Assembly (NCBI RefSeq): GCF_009834535.1
Contig: NC_045697.1
Span: 73,100,001-73,164,000, forward strand
Source of the DNA: Camelus ferus
Taxonomy: Eukaryota
Direction of reading: 5' to 3'
Length of the DNA stretch: 64,000 nucleotides
Shown: positions 1 through 13,140 of the stretch, one piece after another
Layout of the letters: every line of letters begins with the position of its first letter
Numbering within the stretch: the stretch's first letter is position 1
Notes under the pieces: generated by a model
What the model saw: the letters and a program-made list of their open reading frames with translations, nothing else
Database searches by the model: none
What the model was told of the DNA's origin: nothing
Made by a program: the position numbers and the translations under genes

Positions 1-97
1 AAGCTAAGAGAGAGGCATGGAACAGAGTCTTCCCTCTAACCTCAGAGAGGACACAGTCCTGCCAGCACTGTGATTTCAGATCTCTAGCCTCCAGAAC
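1..97 (+). mobile_element. MLT1-type (ERVL-MaLR) LTR fragment
   Basis: 'gaggcatggaacagagtcttccctc...gccagcactgtgatttcagatctctagcctccagaac' matches the MLT1 LTR 3' half as I recall it. Confidence 0.75.
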
Positions 98-1162
98 AAA
101 TACACAATACAATTACATCAGTAATTTAAAATGAGACAACACTGGAGTGAACAATAAAATATGTGAAAATTCAATGAAGTTCTGGTTCTTCTCTTAAAAA
201 CTATTACAATGCTTCTCTAGAAGCATCAGATACCTTCCAAGTACTTTTTAAAATGCTATTTAACTAATTTCCTAAGCTTGTGTTTTAATCTATTAGGTAA
301 ACTGTAACCCTAGATGGTAAGTAATTCCCAAGATCTAGTTTAACTCCTTCCCCCCCAAAATAATTTTTGAAATGAATGCATTAGATCATACTTGGCCCCA
401 AACCATCCTCTCATTTTTCTACCAAGGTACATCCCTTTCCTTAGGAATTTATTAATTCAAGATGTCATAGTGAATTTCATAGTCATTCCACCCACAACAC
501 CTATCTCAAGAATAACACACAATAAGTATTCAATATGTATTTTTTGAATAAAATAGATCCAGAAAAAAAAGATTTAAAGAGATGCATCGATCTGCACAGA
601 GACGAATACACATACTTACTAGCTAGACTAAAACTGTGACTGATGTCTCAGACGTCCTATTTTAGCTGTCATGCTGGCATAGCACCTAACTTAAACTTCC
701 ACCTAGAAACACTGCCTTGAGTCCAGCAAGAAAATGACTGTGCCCTTGTCTTCTGATGGCCATAAATGACACAGAAGAGATAAAGATCTGTGAGTCTCTA
801 TAAACTTCTTCAGATCTACAAACTTGTTAGCATAGAGTTGTGCTCTGAAGCAAGGAATGCTGACATGTTCAGCAGGTGTAGACAGAGGCCGGGGACTGTG
901 ACGCGAGGAAGCCCAGAGGACAAGGTGGTGTCACAGGCTCAGCTTACTTAGGAAGAAGCCTGGAGGGGAGAGTACAGAATGGGCAGGAATGAAAAGATGG
1001 CAGTCCAAGGAAGAAGCGAGTATATTCATAATTTTGCCTACAGACAGCTTTAGATGGATTAGAAAGAGAAATACCCTTTTCATGTTAAAAAAAATAAATA
1101 CTAGTGAGAAAACCTGGAAGGCCAGAGATGATTTCTATCCTAAGTAAGGAAATTGTCTAAAA

Positions 1163-1445
1163 CTGTGTTTTCCAAAATATATTCCTGTGAATATTAGTAT
1201 AATGGAAGTTTCTGTTAAAGAGGATGATACTGTGATTTTGTTTGGGAGTATATGTCATGTCATAAACCCCTTGAGATGACCAGAATAAATTTTAGCACTT
1301 TCTAGACACTGAGAAGTCATCAGTTTTGCATTGCATTTCTCAGCCTCCTTGCTCCACTGAATTCCTCGTCTGCTGCCTTCCTGCAGCTTTTTTCCCCCAC
1401 AGGTAACTACTATCCCAGATAAGAGCACACTTTGGGTCGTACCAG
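1163..1445. mobile_element. hAT-Charlie non-autonomous element (MER103C-like)
   Basis: Degenerate ends 'ctgtgttttccaaa...' and '...gcacactttggg', internal 'ctgagaagtc'. Confidence 0.5.
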
Positions 1446-4400
1446 TCCAAGAGTATGAGTAATTTTAGCTATCAAAGCTTTTATAATCTATTCTTTATAT
1501 ATTAAAAAACAAACGAACAATACAAGCCTTGTGCTTTAATTATTTAGAGATAATATCCAGGTAGCAAGACTGAGGTTAGCTGTCTAACACAATGTGGTCA
1601 AGATCAATTTAGAATTTTTTTGCTTTGGATGTAAAAATTTTCCAAATGCTACCAGGTGAAAATTACCCTGAAAATATTCATTCTAAAACCCCTGAAAATA
1701 CTCCTAAAACCCAAGACAATGAAACAGATGTTAAAGGGGATACGTTTCTTTCAAGAATGACCAAATGACTATTAAAATAAAAGATAAACATAAATAAAAT
1801 CGCTAGAAATGTTACCACTCATAGTAAAAAGCTTTCTTTCCCAAAGTTTGTGGCTAGAATCATAAAGCTCTACAAAATTGCATAGTGATTCTGTCACCAT
1901 ATCGATAAAAAAGGAGAAAAAAGAGAATCAACAACTGTGGTGCATAGCAATGGTTAAGGAGATGGGAAAAAAAAAAGAAAAAACTAGTATAATTCTGAAA
2001 AAATAAGTAGCTCATGGTTACAAGGTTCCTGTTGGAAAGTGCTCCAAGTCATAATACCTACAAAATCCAGAATAACCCTAATAAAACTAGAAAAAATTCC
2101 ACAAGGACAAAACTTGGAAGAATCATTTCCAACTAAATAGATAATGTAACTTATTCTGTTAATGTTTCAGGTACCTCCCTATCTTCTTATGAATAATACA
2201 GACTTTATTCTCTTCTTAATGTTTTAAGTCTTTGTGGCTTCTCTACATCTCAAATGTGACAGTAGGAATTTCAGCAGGCATTCTGGCCATACTGTAAAAT
2301 TGTTAACAGTCAGGGGAAATGTGAAACTAATCTCAGAATCAAATGACTTCAGAGCTTGATAGACTGGAGCAATTGCTTAATCCATTTCTTGAGAAATACT
2401 GGTAGGAGAAAAGTGCAAATCATGTCATGAATGGACTGGGAATAGGGCTGAAAGTGTGAAGATTTACTGGTGCACAGGTATCCACGTGAAAACAGACAAA
2501 TTACAGCTTCTTGTGAAGAAAGGACCGTATGTCTTGTACGGTGCACTTCATCTAAAGATCATGGACTGATAGCTGGATAGCGTTCAGCTGGTATAATCTT
2601 TAGGATCTGTGAGGTCTGGTTTAAGATGCAAAAGCAATATATAAAAAATACTGGAGAGAAGTTCTCATCTGGGAATCTCTAAACTGTGCATGTCTTTCCT
2701 ACCTATTTCCATGGATTTAAATAATTCTTTAAAACACAAAAATTTCTTCCAAAGAGTCTTTAGGCTTGAGGGGGAAAACAAAGTTCCTACTGGCAAACTC
2801 TAATACTAATTGCTAAAATCTATATTTAATACTTCTTCATATGAAATCTTTCTTTTTGTATTTCATAAAGGTCTAGAAACAAATCAGCCAAAGTTAACAT
2901 ATGTAAAAAAAGATGAATTTCCTAGAAGTTAATCACCACTTTTGTTCTATTAATTCTGTCGCACATTTGAAGGTATACATTAGGAAACACCACTAATTTA
3001 CTTCTTGGAAAAACATTAACTCTCCTACCCCAAATTTTATCCTTTAGAGATAAGGGGTCCTCTGTGCTCTGTGACAGGACACATGTGTATTCATTGAATC
3101 TACCAGACACATTCAGTTCTCTGTGGCATCATTATATGGAAAGTCAATCTGGCAGGTTTCTCAGGATTCTGGTCAATTTGAATCAGGGTTTCCTTCTTAC
3201 TAGATCATACACTCAATGAACCTTAAACATACTTAAATATCTTCTGAAAATTAGCTCTCAGATCCATGCCATCTGTTGCATTTCAAATCCCTAAAGTCAT
3301 GTGTCCACTCATATAAATACTCACTTTCTCTTCAATAATAATGCTCCATCTTTTTCCAGTCTGTCTTTTCTTCCTTTAGGGGCTTTAATTTGGATGGCTT
3401 CAGCTCAACTCATTCTCACTGTCACTTCCACATAGTACATATATCCAATTTTCCAACTTTCAGGACTGTCTCTTCAATTCTTTTCAAAAATAATCATAAG
3501 TTTCCCCTCATTGTTTTTTTTTTTTTCTTGAGAGTTGCACACCTGGTTTACTCCTTGCCATCAATCTCCTTTCCAAATTAAATGTAAATACTGTTCCTAG
3601 ATTTGCAATGATCTGTTTTCATTTTTTTTTTAATTTTAAGGAAAATCCATTTTAGACAGTCATCTTACCCAGTAAAAATCATGCCTGTCATGGTTGAGAA
3701 AAATGTTTGGTTATTAAGCCAACTTCTCACAGTCATGATATAAACACAGACATCCTAAACACTTACTTCCTTAAAAATCATATTTTTTATGATATGAATG
3801 AGCAAGAAGATGTTTGTATGTCCATGTAACTTCCAGCTGCTACAGAGAACTATCATACGTTCTTTGCAATTTCTCTCTTCAAACTGTCAGACACATGACA
3901 GAAAAGGATATTGCCCTCATTTCTTTAGCCCATATGTCCTAGCATCATGTCTATCATTTACACACTGACACTTACTACGACTTTTATAGTTGTATTCTCT
4001 CTTGGGCACCTTCAATGGGGAGAATGCTAGGACACCAAGAGAATATTCTAATTTCTCATTTGTAAAAATCAATTCTCCAAACCTTAATCTTTTTCTGTGA
4101 AGACAAATAGCACTTGTTTCTCCTGTGCTTTCAGTAAGTCAGAAGGAATTTTGCCTTGATCACTTTACGTCTCTATTGCACGGTAGAATACTGGATTGAA
4201 AATCAGGCAACATGCATTCCAACCCTGACTATCACAAACTCATTTTCGAACTTTAAAAAAATGGTCCTTCCCTCATTGTTCCCAAAGATTGAATGGAGAA
4301 GTTGGACTATGCTTTCTCATGTATGAATCTATTCTTCATTTTCTCTCTCACAGAAGTATGATTCTGAATATCTTATATTTAATTCATATGGTCACAGCTT

Positions 4401-5756
4401 TTAAAATATCTCCTCATGTTTCTCAGTTTATGGATTCTGATTGTTACAGTCCTGTTAGCAAATTATTTTATTCCTTTTTGGTCTCCTATCTCAGCACCAA
4501 GCTAATTAGAGCCATCTCAAAAAAATTCGGAATAAATCAGGATACCAATTGGTAACTAAGGAAACAATGAGTTAATTAGCAGTGATGTAAACTGTACATT
4601 CACAAATGATAACTTTGAACATTTATGCACCCATTTCAAAAATAGAGCATTGGAAATACTGGGATAGATCTGAGAACATACTGTGCATTTGGTTCTGCAT
4701 CTCAAACACCCTTCACATTCTCTGTCAGACACTCACTTCCTAATTGTGTAGATAATTCCTCAAAGTTTATAAATTTGAAATGGTCATCTCATAACAGATT
4801 TCATATTTTTTCTTGTTAGTAGCATGCTACTTGCTCTATAACGACTTGTGTTCCCTCTTTGTGGCAGCAGGCAGAAAACCACAGTTAAGATGAAGTTTTA
4901 GATTAATGCATCCACAACTGAGACATTACATATGAAAGAAAAGATTCGAAAGACTCCTTTCAAAATGAAAGCAAAGTTTCTCTTTAATACGCAACAAGAC
5001 TTCACCAGCTGGCTGCATTGCATGTACTTGGCATGCTGGTTGCTAAGTTTATTAGATATCTTATAATCCTGGAAACTAAAGATAATGGAGCTGGTTCCCA
5101 CACACTGCATCAGCAAGAATTGGGAGTCAGTCAAGCTACAGATATATGATGGAGGAGTGAGTGAGCCAGTATGCTCAGGCAAAAAGGAATCAATCTGAAG
5201 CTGTTAAAGAGATATTGTCAAGTATCTGTAATATTTAGATTTTAATTCTTGTCTATTCTCCGTTGGTTGCAATGGCCCTTTTGAAAGATTTACATAAGTT
5301 ATGTTTCCCTTTGGATTATATTTTCTGTTCCAATTGGTCAAAATTCCTATTTTCCTCCACCCACTCCCACCCACTTTCATTTTAACACTTATGAAATGAA
5401 AGGACAGATTTTGGCATAATTTTATTTCTGGAGGCTGTTAAATATGTCATCAAAGTATTAGATAAAACAATATTAACTTATAATTTTTAAGTCAAAAAAT
5501 AGTTCAGTGATTTCATAGAGTTCAACTCGGACACCCCAAGAAATAGTATTTATCTAATAATTGATTGTAAGATGTGCAGAGATGTCAAAGGGATTTTTCA
5601 GTACCAAGAATATGCATTTATAAAAGAGATGCTTTCTTTTTGAGCTGGCAAGTAATCTACAAGCTTGGATATTATCCAATGCGTAGTCAATGTCCCTACC
5701 CCAAAACACTTAGAACAATATCTGGACTGGCCCAAATGTGTACTAATGTTGACTAA

Positions 5757-5870
5757 TAGAGCCCGGCCTGGAACCAGTTTGGCCACTCTCTAGAAGTATG
5801 ATTTGGGGCAAATCTCTTATCTTCTGTGCATCACATTTCTTCATCTGTAAGATTGGGTGGTTGGAAGACA
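5757..5870 (+). mobile_element. MIR SINE core
   Basis: 'gatttggggcaaatctcttatcttctgtgcatcacatttcttcatctgtaagattggg' resembles the MIR core. Confidence 0.65.
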
Positions 5871-6649
5871 GTTAAATACGTGAGCCCTAACATTTAAGAA
5901 ATCTTTTGTAGTATACCCAGCATTCAAATTCTGGTAAAATATTACCTGGAATATTTGAGGATGCAGAGTTACAAGAGTAACGCAAAGAAAGTTGAAAGCA
6001 TTAAATCAATCTTAACATTTTCAGATTGGGTACTTTGGGGCCTGTGTGTACCACTAGGCAGGAAAAATGACTTAGTTTGGCATGTGGGGTGAGGGGAAAA
6101 AGCATCCAAGAAATTAAATTGGATAAATTTAGATGTTTTGTGATTGTAGCTACTGAACATGTTTTATACTGGCAGAATATGCTCTCTGATATTGGAATAC
6201 CGTCAAAATCCATTTAAATCATGCCAGAGAAATGTTAAATGGTGATGAGAGGGCTGGAATTTAAGCTGATAAGAGTAGTAAAGACCGACTCACACTGACA
6301 CATTTGATGAGGGAACCTGACCCAGCAGATCACTCAAGGAAGGGAAGAGTCTTCATGTGACAGCTTTATCCCAGAATTCACAAGGGGGTGACACTTTGGC
6401 AAGAAGCTGTTCCCACCCCCAACCCCAGCCCCTGCTGGAACACTTGAGGTTTTACAGTCAAATCACATCCAAGGGAAGAACCAGTCTAATTTATAATCTG
6501 TGAGAAATGTGAAGATAATAGTATAAATTTGTATGACTCCTAACTGAAATGCCAACTTTGTATGTAAGTGATGAATTTTTTTTCTTTAAAAAGGTATTAG
6601 TAATTAACTTGCCAAAAGTAGATCATTTCCCCCTTTTTGTGTAAACTGG

Positions 6650-6840
6650 ATAAAGAGGAAAAGAAAGAGGCTATGTAGGAAAGAAGGAAGAAAGAAAAAA
6701 GAAGAGGGGAAGAGAGAAGAAAGTCATAAAGTCAGAGATGATAGAAATGGAGGTGAGCAAGTGAGGGTAGAAAGAAGAAAAGACAGAAGGAATCAAGGGA
6801 AAGATAGAAGAAGGAAGCAGCTAAGGATGCTAGAAGAGAA
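6650..6840. repeat. GA-rich polypurine low-complexity tract
   Basis: Almost entirely A/G on the + strand. Confidence 0.85.
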
Positions 6841-6854
6841 GCAGGCAAGGTAGC

Positions 6855-7135
6855 CAGGTGGGTGGCCTCATCCCATCAGTTGAGGGGCTGAATAGAACAA
6901 AAGGCTGATCCTCCCCCAAATAAAAGAGAATTCTCCTGCCTAACAGCCTTGAAGCTGAGACATCAGCTCTTCCTGGTTCTACAACAGCCTGCCAGCCTTC
7001 AGACTTGAACTGGGATATTGATTCTGCAAGTCTGGACATGCTAGCCTCATTTTGATGTGATCCAATTCCTTATTATAACACTTCCTCCATGTGTATCTCC
7101 TATTGGTTTATTGCTAGGGAGAACCTTGACTATTA
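6855..7135 (+). mobile_element. MLT2-type (ERVL) LTR fragment
   Basis: 'gtgggtggcctcatcccatcagttgaggggctgaatagaacaaaaggctga' and 3' end 'tctcctattggttt...gagaaccttgacta'. Confidence 0.8.
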
Positions 7136-8586
7136 GAGGACACTTAACTCTTCAATAGATTTAAAACTAAGCCTAATGAAGGAAACTGATTTGCTATTTC
7201 AACATTTGCCACCAAAAGTTGTCCTGACGCAAAAGCATGAATTGTAGTATACAGGGTCTGTAAACAAGGAGAAGTTTAGTGTTTGCACGTACGTGGTTTA
7301 CAAAGGCACGAATTCAAGAGCTTCCTATTAGATATTCTGCATGGCATCAGTCTGCAAGTGAAACCCTGCTATTTATTCTGTGATCATGAGAGGTGGACTC
7401 AAGGACACAGGGCAAAAACACGGTGCTACAGTGTTCACATTAGAGGCTATAAGTGTGCCCACTGTTGAGTTCTGTTAATAAACGCCCTGCATATCAGTTA
7501 GTAAGGCAAGATTTCCCACTTCATGTGCTACTCCTTCAAAGCTTTTGAATTAAAACATTCAGGGAGAATCTGTATTTTTACCAATAACTTCAAGGTGATT
7601 TTGAGACACACTATAGTATAAGAACAATTGACCCAAGGTGAAAAAGCTAACACCTAGCATAAAGGAACTCATCCAAAAGACAAACAAATGCGGGGGAAGG
7701 GAAGAAAGCTAAGTAAATATCCCACAGTGTTAGAACTAAGTGCAGGTAAGTGTTTTTGTGCTACTGTGTGTACTGACAGCAGATAACAGCTGGTGTAGGT
7801 ATTAATCATTAACTTAAAGTAGATTAAAATAAGTTAAAAGCTGAGAGGAAGAGCCTCAACATGTACTGGTGGTCAGGCAACAGACTGAAGCCTGCAAATG
7901 CATGGCCATATTTTAAAATATTCCTTTAGAATTAAAAATGACTAAGAAGTGCGAGAATCACTCCATGGGAGAGGTCATATAAAGTAAACTGATAACAGAT
8001 ATGGACAAGATTCATTAATTGCAACTTGTTTCCTTTCTTTCAGGAAGGGAAAAAAAAAAATCAACATACTGAAAGTGATAAGAAGTGGCATCATGGAAAT
8101 GAAGCCCCTCATAGGACAAAAGGTAATTAGAGTTCACTTCTTCTGGATCACTGAAGGAGCGTCTGACTGCTGCTCCCTTACACACATACACCTGTGCCGA
8201 CAGCACTACATACTGCAAGTCATAAAATCTGCTGTGCACCCTTACATGTCTGGGTCTGGCCAGGAAGCCAAGGCCATCTTCCTACCAGTCCTTTCATTTT
8301 GCTGAACACAGTTTTCCCTTCAAAATTTTGCCCAAGCATCTCCATCTCCAAGAAATGTTGTGTATTATGTGGAGCTAATTCCCTGGCAGTTCTTTTATAG
8401 CACGTATAATCCCATATTCGTGTATAAACCCTTTTTGTAATTTATGTTTTATTAATTCAGTTCTCCCTCAAATCTGAAATTCCAAAATTTTAAGAAATAA
8501 TGTTTCTTTTCTTCATATTCTTAACCAATACTACAGTGCAGGGAACAGAACATAGTTCAATATATTATAAATGTACACACACACAT

Positions 8587-8955
8587 TATATTAGTTTCCT
8601 AGACCTGCCATAAAAAAATACCGTAGACTGAGTGGCTTAAGCAACAGGATATTATTTTCTCACAGTATTGGAGGTTAGAAATCCCCAAGATCGAATTACT
8701 GACGGCTTGGTTTCTTCTGAAACCTCTCTCCTTGGTTTGCAAATGGCCGCGTTCTCCCGTGTCCTCATGAAGGCTCTTCCCTGTGCGTGCACATCCCTGG
8801 TGTCTCTGTGTGGTGTAAGGTCCTCTTACTAGGAAGACACCAGTCAGACTGGATTAAGTTCCAGCCTAAGGGCCTCCTTTTAACTTAATTGCCTTTTTTG
8901 AGGTACTGGGGATTAAAGCTTCAACATATGAATCTGGGGGACACAATTCAGTCAT
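8587..8955 (-). mobile_element. MLT1A/B-like MaLR solo LTR
   Basis: Both ends are recognisable in reverse: 'tatattagtttcctag...' and '...gggggacacaattcagtcata'. Confidence 0.85.
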
Positions 8956-9229
8956 ATATATTATATATAATGAATAAATGAATGATAGAATAAATTAATG
9001 GATTAAATACCAATGTACTGAACTTGTGACTGTTACCACAAATCAATCCTTAATGAAAACTAAAATAAATGGGAATTTGAGAATATGCAGATGGAAATGT
9101 GCACATCTTGCTCTAGTACTCAAAGGTCGGGCAAGGAAAGTTGCTTGCAACAGCTGTAGCAGAAGAGGTACGTTAGCCTCATAGAGCTTTATGCGCTGGC
9201 CAGTTCACAATTCCAGCCTCTTCCTTCCC

Positions 9230-9630
9230 CACCTGTACACTCCCTTCACTCCAGCCACAGCAAACCAACTCATTCTGATTACAGTCCATATTTTCTTCAG
9301 TTATTTCCTTTAGGCTAAACACTCTTCTTCCTCAGTGAGGCTCTATTTTATCTATCCTTCAGGTTTTGGCTTAAATATTCAATTTTTACGTTTTTAGAAA
9401 ATATTCACTAACTCATCCTCCTTTTCTCACACAGTCTGAGTTATACGTCATTATAAATTTGATCCATAACTGAATTTATTACATTGTATTATAATTGTCT
9501 TCTTTCCCGTAATCCCTGCTGGATTCACAACTCCAGAAGCTATGTTTTACTTGTCCATAAAAGTTTCCCCATCATATCATGTATTAAAATACATAAAACA
9601 TAGCAGTTATTCAATAAAGATCTGTTAAAC
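9230..9630 (+). mobile_element. L2 LINE 3' fragment
   Basis: 'cactccagccaca', 'acattgtattataattg', terminal 'ttcaataaagatctgtt'. Confidence 0.55.
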
Positions 9631-10284
9631 ACATGAGTGTAAAAATATATATGACAGAACAGAAGCATCAACCCTAGGAACTGATAAGGGTTCACTGAGA
9701 ACAAGCCACGCAGAAGTAACTGCCTTCCTGTTTCGCAGGGATACACGGTGAACCGTGGAATGTGAAGAATGGTTTCAGCAATTTATAAGGCAAAATATCT
9801 AATTATCTTTACTTATATTAAAGGTATAGAAATACTAAGTAATAGTGCAGTTACCTGAATTCATAACAAGTTTTTAAAAATCTTTGCAAAAAGGAGAAAT
9901 TAATGGAGTCATGACAATCCAAGGTGAGCCCTTTGGTGACAAGTCACAACTTCCTTCATTAGCTCTGTCCTATTGAATGCTTTTATCGATTAAGTAAATC
10001 TTATTAGGGATTTGTTTATTACAGTGGAATGGTTAGTCGATCAGATGGTAGGTTCAGTGTTAAAGTGATTTCAGGAGATTTAAAGTGTTATAATTTCAGA
10101 AATACAGTTGAATTTTAAGATTGAAATGCTAAGGATTGAATTTAGTTGTTAATGTTAGTTATATAAACAAAATATGAAAAAAATCTATTTTTATTTGCCT
10201 GGAAGTGCAACATAAGAAAGCAATATAATACAGTCGCACTTTTTACTCTAATCTAAATATAGAATTAATTCACTTTAGAAACTA

Positions 10285-10520
10285 TTCATAATAATAGCCT
10301 ATGGTTTTTGAATATATTTAGATATCAGCACTGTGCTAGATATTTTGTATACATTATGAGTTAATTTACTCAATAGCCGTACAATGTAAGTTCTATAATT
10401 TTTCCTACTTTAGCATTGCGAAAGCTGTGATTTAAAAGTCTAATTTACTCATTCACACTCGCACAGGTAATACATTGTAGAAAGAATTTTGAACCTATGT
10501 CTTTATGTTTTCTAATGTCA
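10285..10520 (-). mobile_element. MIR SINE
   Basis: 'ataatagc...cagcactgtgcta...ttttgaacctatgtct' is the reverse MIR pattern. Confidence 0.65.
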
Positions 10521-11199
10521 TAATTTTAAATGCAGTTGAATTCACAATTAAAATACAGAGCTATACAGCTTAGTGTGAATCTGAAATTCAAGGCAACATT
10601 CTATTTAAGCATCTTCAACTTTTCTCAGCTGAAATTTGGGGTGCTGTAATTTGAAGAAGCATGTTCATATCTTCCCTCATTTTACAACTTATTTCTGAAA
10701 TATTTTAGCACATTTAGAAACATTGCTTCCATTTTCAAAGGACCTTTTGTTTTTCAGAGATAGAGAGGTAGATGTAGGGAGTCACAAAGCACTTTCAAAT
10801 TTTGAATGCCAAAAGTGGCGGCTGGTTTGTGTTTTTTAAAGCAGACTAAAAGATCCTCATACTTCTGACTTTGTGCTCTTGTTCACTTTCATTTTGTTTT
10901 ATTTAATCTAAAACAGTTAACCAGCTGCACCCTCACTGAGCCTGGAAGATACAGTCTCATACATGACCACACTTCTAACATACGTTTTTAAGAATAAATT
11001 ATACCAGTTTTAAGAATAATGATTCAATTGGTTTCCAGATCCCTATAATTATATAAAATCTGAATAAATATTTTATATTGCTTCTACATGTTATGATTCA
11101 TCAGTTCTTTATATTTAGATTCTCGTGTTTCACCAAAGCAGGAAATTTCTCTGATCCAATTTCTCAAGTCCAGTAAAACTAAAAGCAGCATAAAATTCT

Positions 11200-11357
11200 G
11201 GGGTTTTTGTTTGTTTTTGTTTTTGTTTTGTGGAGAAGGGGAAGGTAATTAGGTTTATGTATGTATTTATTTATTTTTTGATGGTGGTACTGGGGATTGA
11301 ACTCAGCACCTTGTGCATGCTAAGCACACACTCTACCACTGAGCTATACCCTCCTCC
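11200..11357 (-). mobile_element. tRNA-Ala-derived SINE (camelid vic-1-like) with extended tail
   Basis: Reverse complement reads 'ggagggtatagctcagtggtagagtgtgtgcttagcatgcacaaggtgctgagttcaatccccagtacc' (A box, AGC anticodon arm, B box), then an A-rich tail. Confidence 0.85.
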
Positions 11358-11384
11358 GATAATCTTTCTCCATTAAAAAAAATT

Positions 11385-11472
11385 TTTTTTTTATTAATTG
11401 AGGTACTAGAGATTTAACCCAGGACCTCATGCGTCGTAAGCATGTGCTCTACCACTAGACTATTATCACCCC
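11385..11472 (-). mobile_element. tRNA-Ala-derived SINE (vic-1-like), more diverged
   Basis: Reverse complement 'gggg...atagtctagtggtagagcacatgcttacgacgcatgaggtcctgggttaaatctctagtacctc' plus poly(A). Confidence 0.8.
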
Positions 11473-12672
11473 CTGAAAACAGCATAAATTTGTAAGTAAA
11501 AATAGATATCTGACTAAAGTCAATTAATAATTAAAGCTTTTATCCTATTAATCTACCTTGAAACCAAATTGTATAACCTTCCGTTATCTCCAAGTTTTCT
11601 CTAGTGCACCATTTTCCCTGACCCACTAGAATCCTGTAACCATGCACACTGGCTACAAACACCAGGGACCATCTCCTTCCTTTCTCTTCTTCCCCTTTTT
11701 TTATGCTTCTTGGGTTCAGTCCTGAGTGCTTCTAAGAGTTAACTGAAATGCTTTTTATCTGAGATGGATTCATCAATACCCACCTGGTGTTTCTGAAGTA
11801 ATTATCATTGACCTAATACATCATCTTAATTGAGTCATTTATTTACTAAATTCACTACCCCAAACACAACTAAAAATCTAATAAATAAGTAAAAAAAGTA
11901 AAAGAATGCAAAGAAAGCAAAATCGTTGTCCTGATATTTTTTTAATCTTTGGACTAGAGGCTATGTGTTTTGCCAAAGAGAAATGCACTTTGCTCTTTCC
12001 TCCAAACATATTCACTTTATTTGGATCTTACATTTTAAAAATTGGTTCTAATGATTATCCTTTTAAACTCATTTCGTCTCAATGATATGCTTGTTTTTGT
12101 CTGATCAGTTTACTGGTAAGTACCCCACAACCCAAATGCCTAATTTTGTTTGCACACACAGTCATAACAATGAAAGAGTTTGCCTTTGCAAGTTTATTTT
12201 GTTGATTTTAATAAACATTTACATGATTGTGGTCAAAATTTAAGTTGCTGAAATAATTGGTATTTTGGGTGCCAGGGCTTCTAAAAAGGGAGTAAATCAT
12301 TCTATATACTTTAAAACTGAATACTGATTTTTAACATAGGTCAATATAAACTTAATCAATTTTCACATTAACAGAATCTGTTAAATTAGCTACGTATGGT
12401 AGAAAAATGTAGCTCATGTTATTTACATATATTGAGAGGATAATATTCCATGTCGCCCCTTACAACGACCATGCATTAAAGCCACTGAATCAACCTGGTC
12501 CTTTAAATTTTAAACTCTGTTGTGTCAACATAAAAATTCTGTTAATTTTGTGAATCTCACCCTTTTAGATTTTACTGATATTATTCTAATTCATTAATTT
12601 CAGAGGAGGCCTTAGCATAGAAGAAACCTGTAACTGGGGTTTCATATGTTTATTTAAAAACGTTTTCTCTGA

Positions 12673-12886
12673 GATTTGCAGATAGTAACTACTATATATA
12701 AAATAGATAAACAACAGGTTTATACTGTATAGCACAGGCAACTATAGTCAATATCTTGTAGTAACCTATAATGAAAAAGAATAAGAAAAGGAATATGTAT
12801 GTGTATGACTGACACATTATGCATCAGAAATTGACACAACATTGTAAACTGACTATATGTCAATAAACATAAATAAATAAATGAAT
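12673..12886 (+). mobile_element. 5'-truncated young L1 3' end (cetartiodactyl type) with TSD
   Basis: 'aaatagataaacaaca...actgtatagcacagg' 3'UTR and A-rich tail; flanking repeats aaaaacgttttctctga (12656-12672) and aaaagtgtttcctctga (12887-12903). Confidence 0.85.
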
Positions 12887-13140
12887 AAAAGTGTTTCCTC
12901 TGACTTAACAATGGAATAATGTCTGGGTTCAGAATACATCATGGTTTGAAAGAGAACTTTTCTTGTTTTTTTACATAAAATCAATATTCTATTTATGTTT
13001 TATATTATATACTCATCTGATGTGGCATGGTGGGACAACTCCCTTGCCTTCAAAAATCAGCAGATATTTTAATATATAATAATATATATCCATTTTGATT
13101 TAAAACATCTTTAAATTTATTTCTATCAAGACTCTAAAGC

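Noticed and set aside
1381..1408. Recursive-splice-like 'ttttttcccccacag|gtaact'
   Set aside because: The donor is suboptimal, it lies in a probable hAT remnant, and no host gene is established
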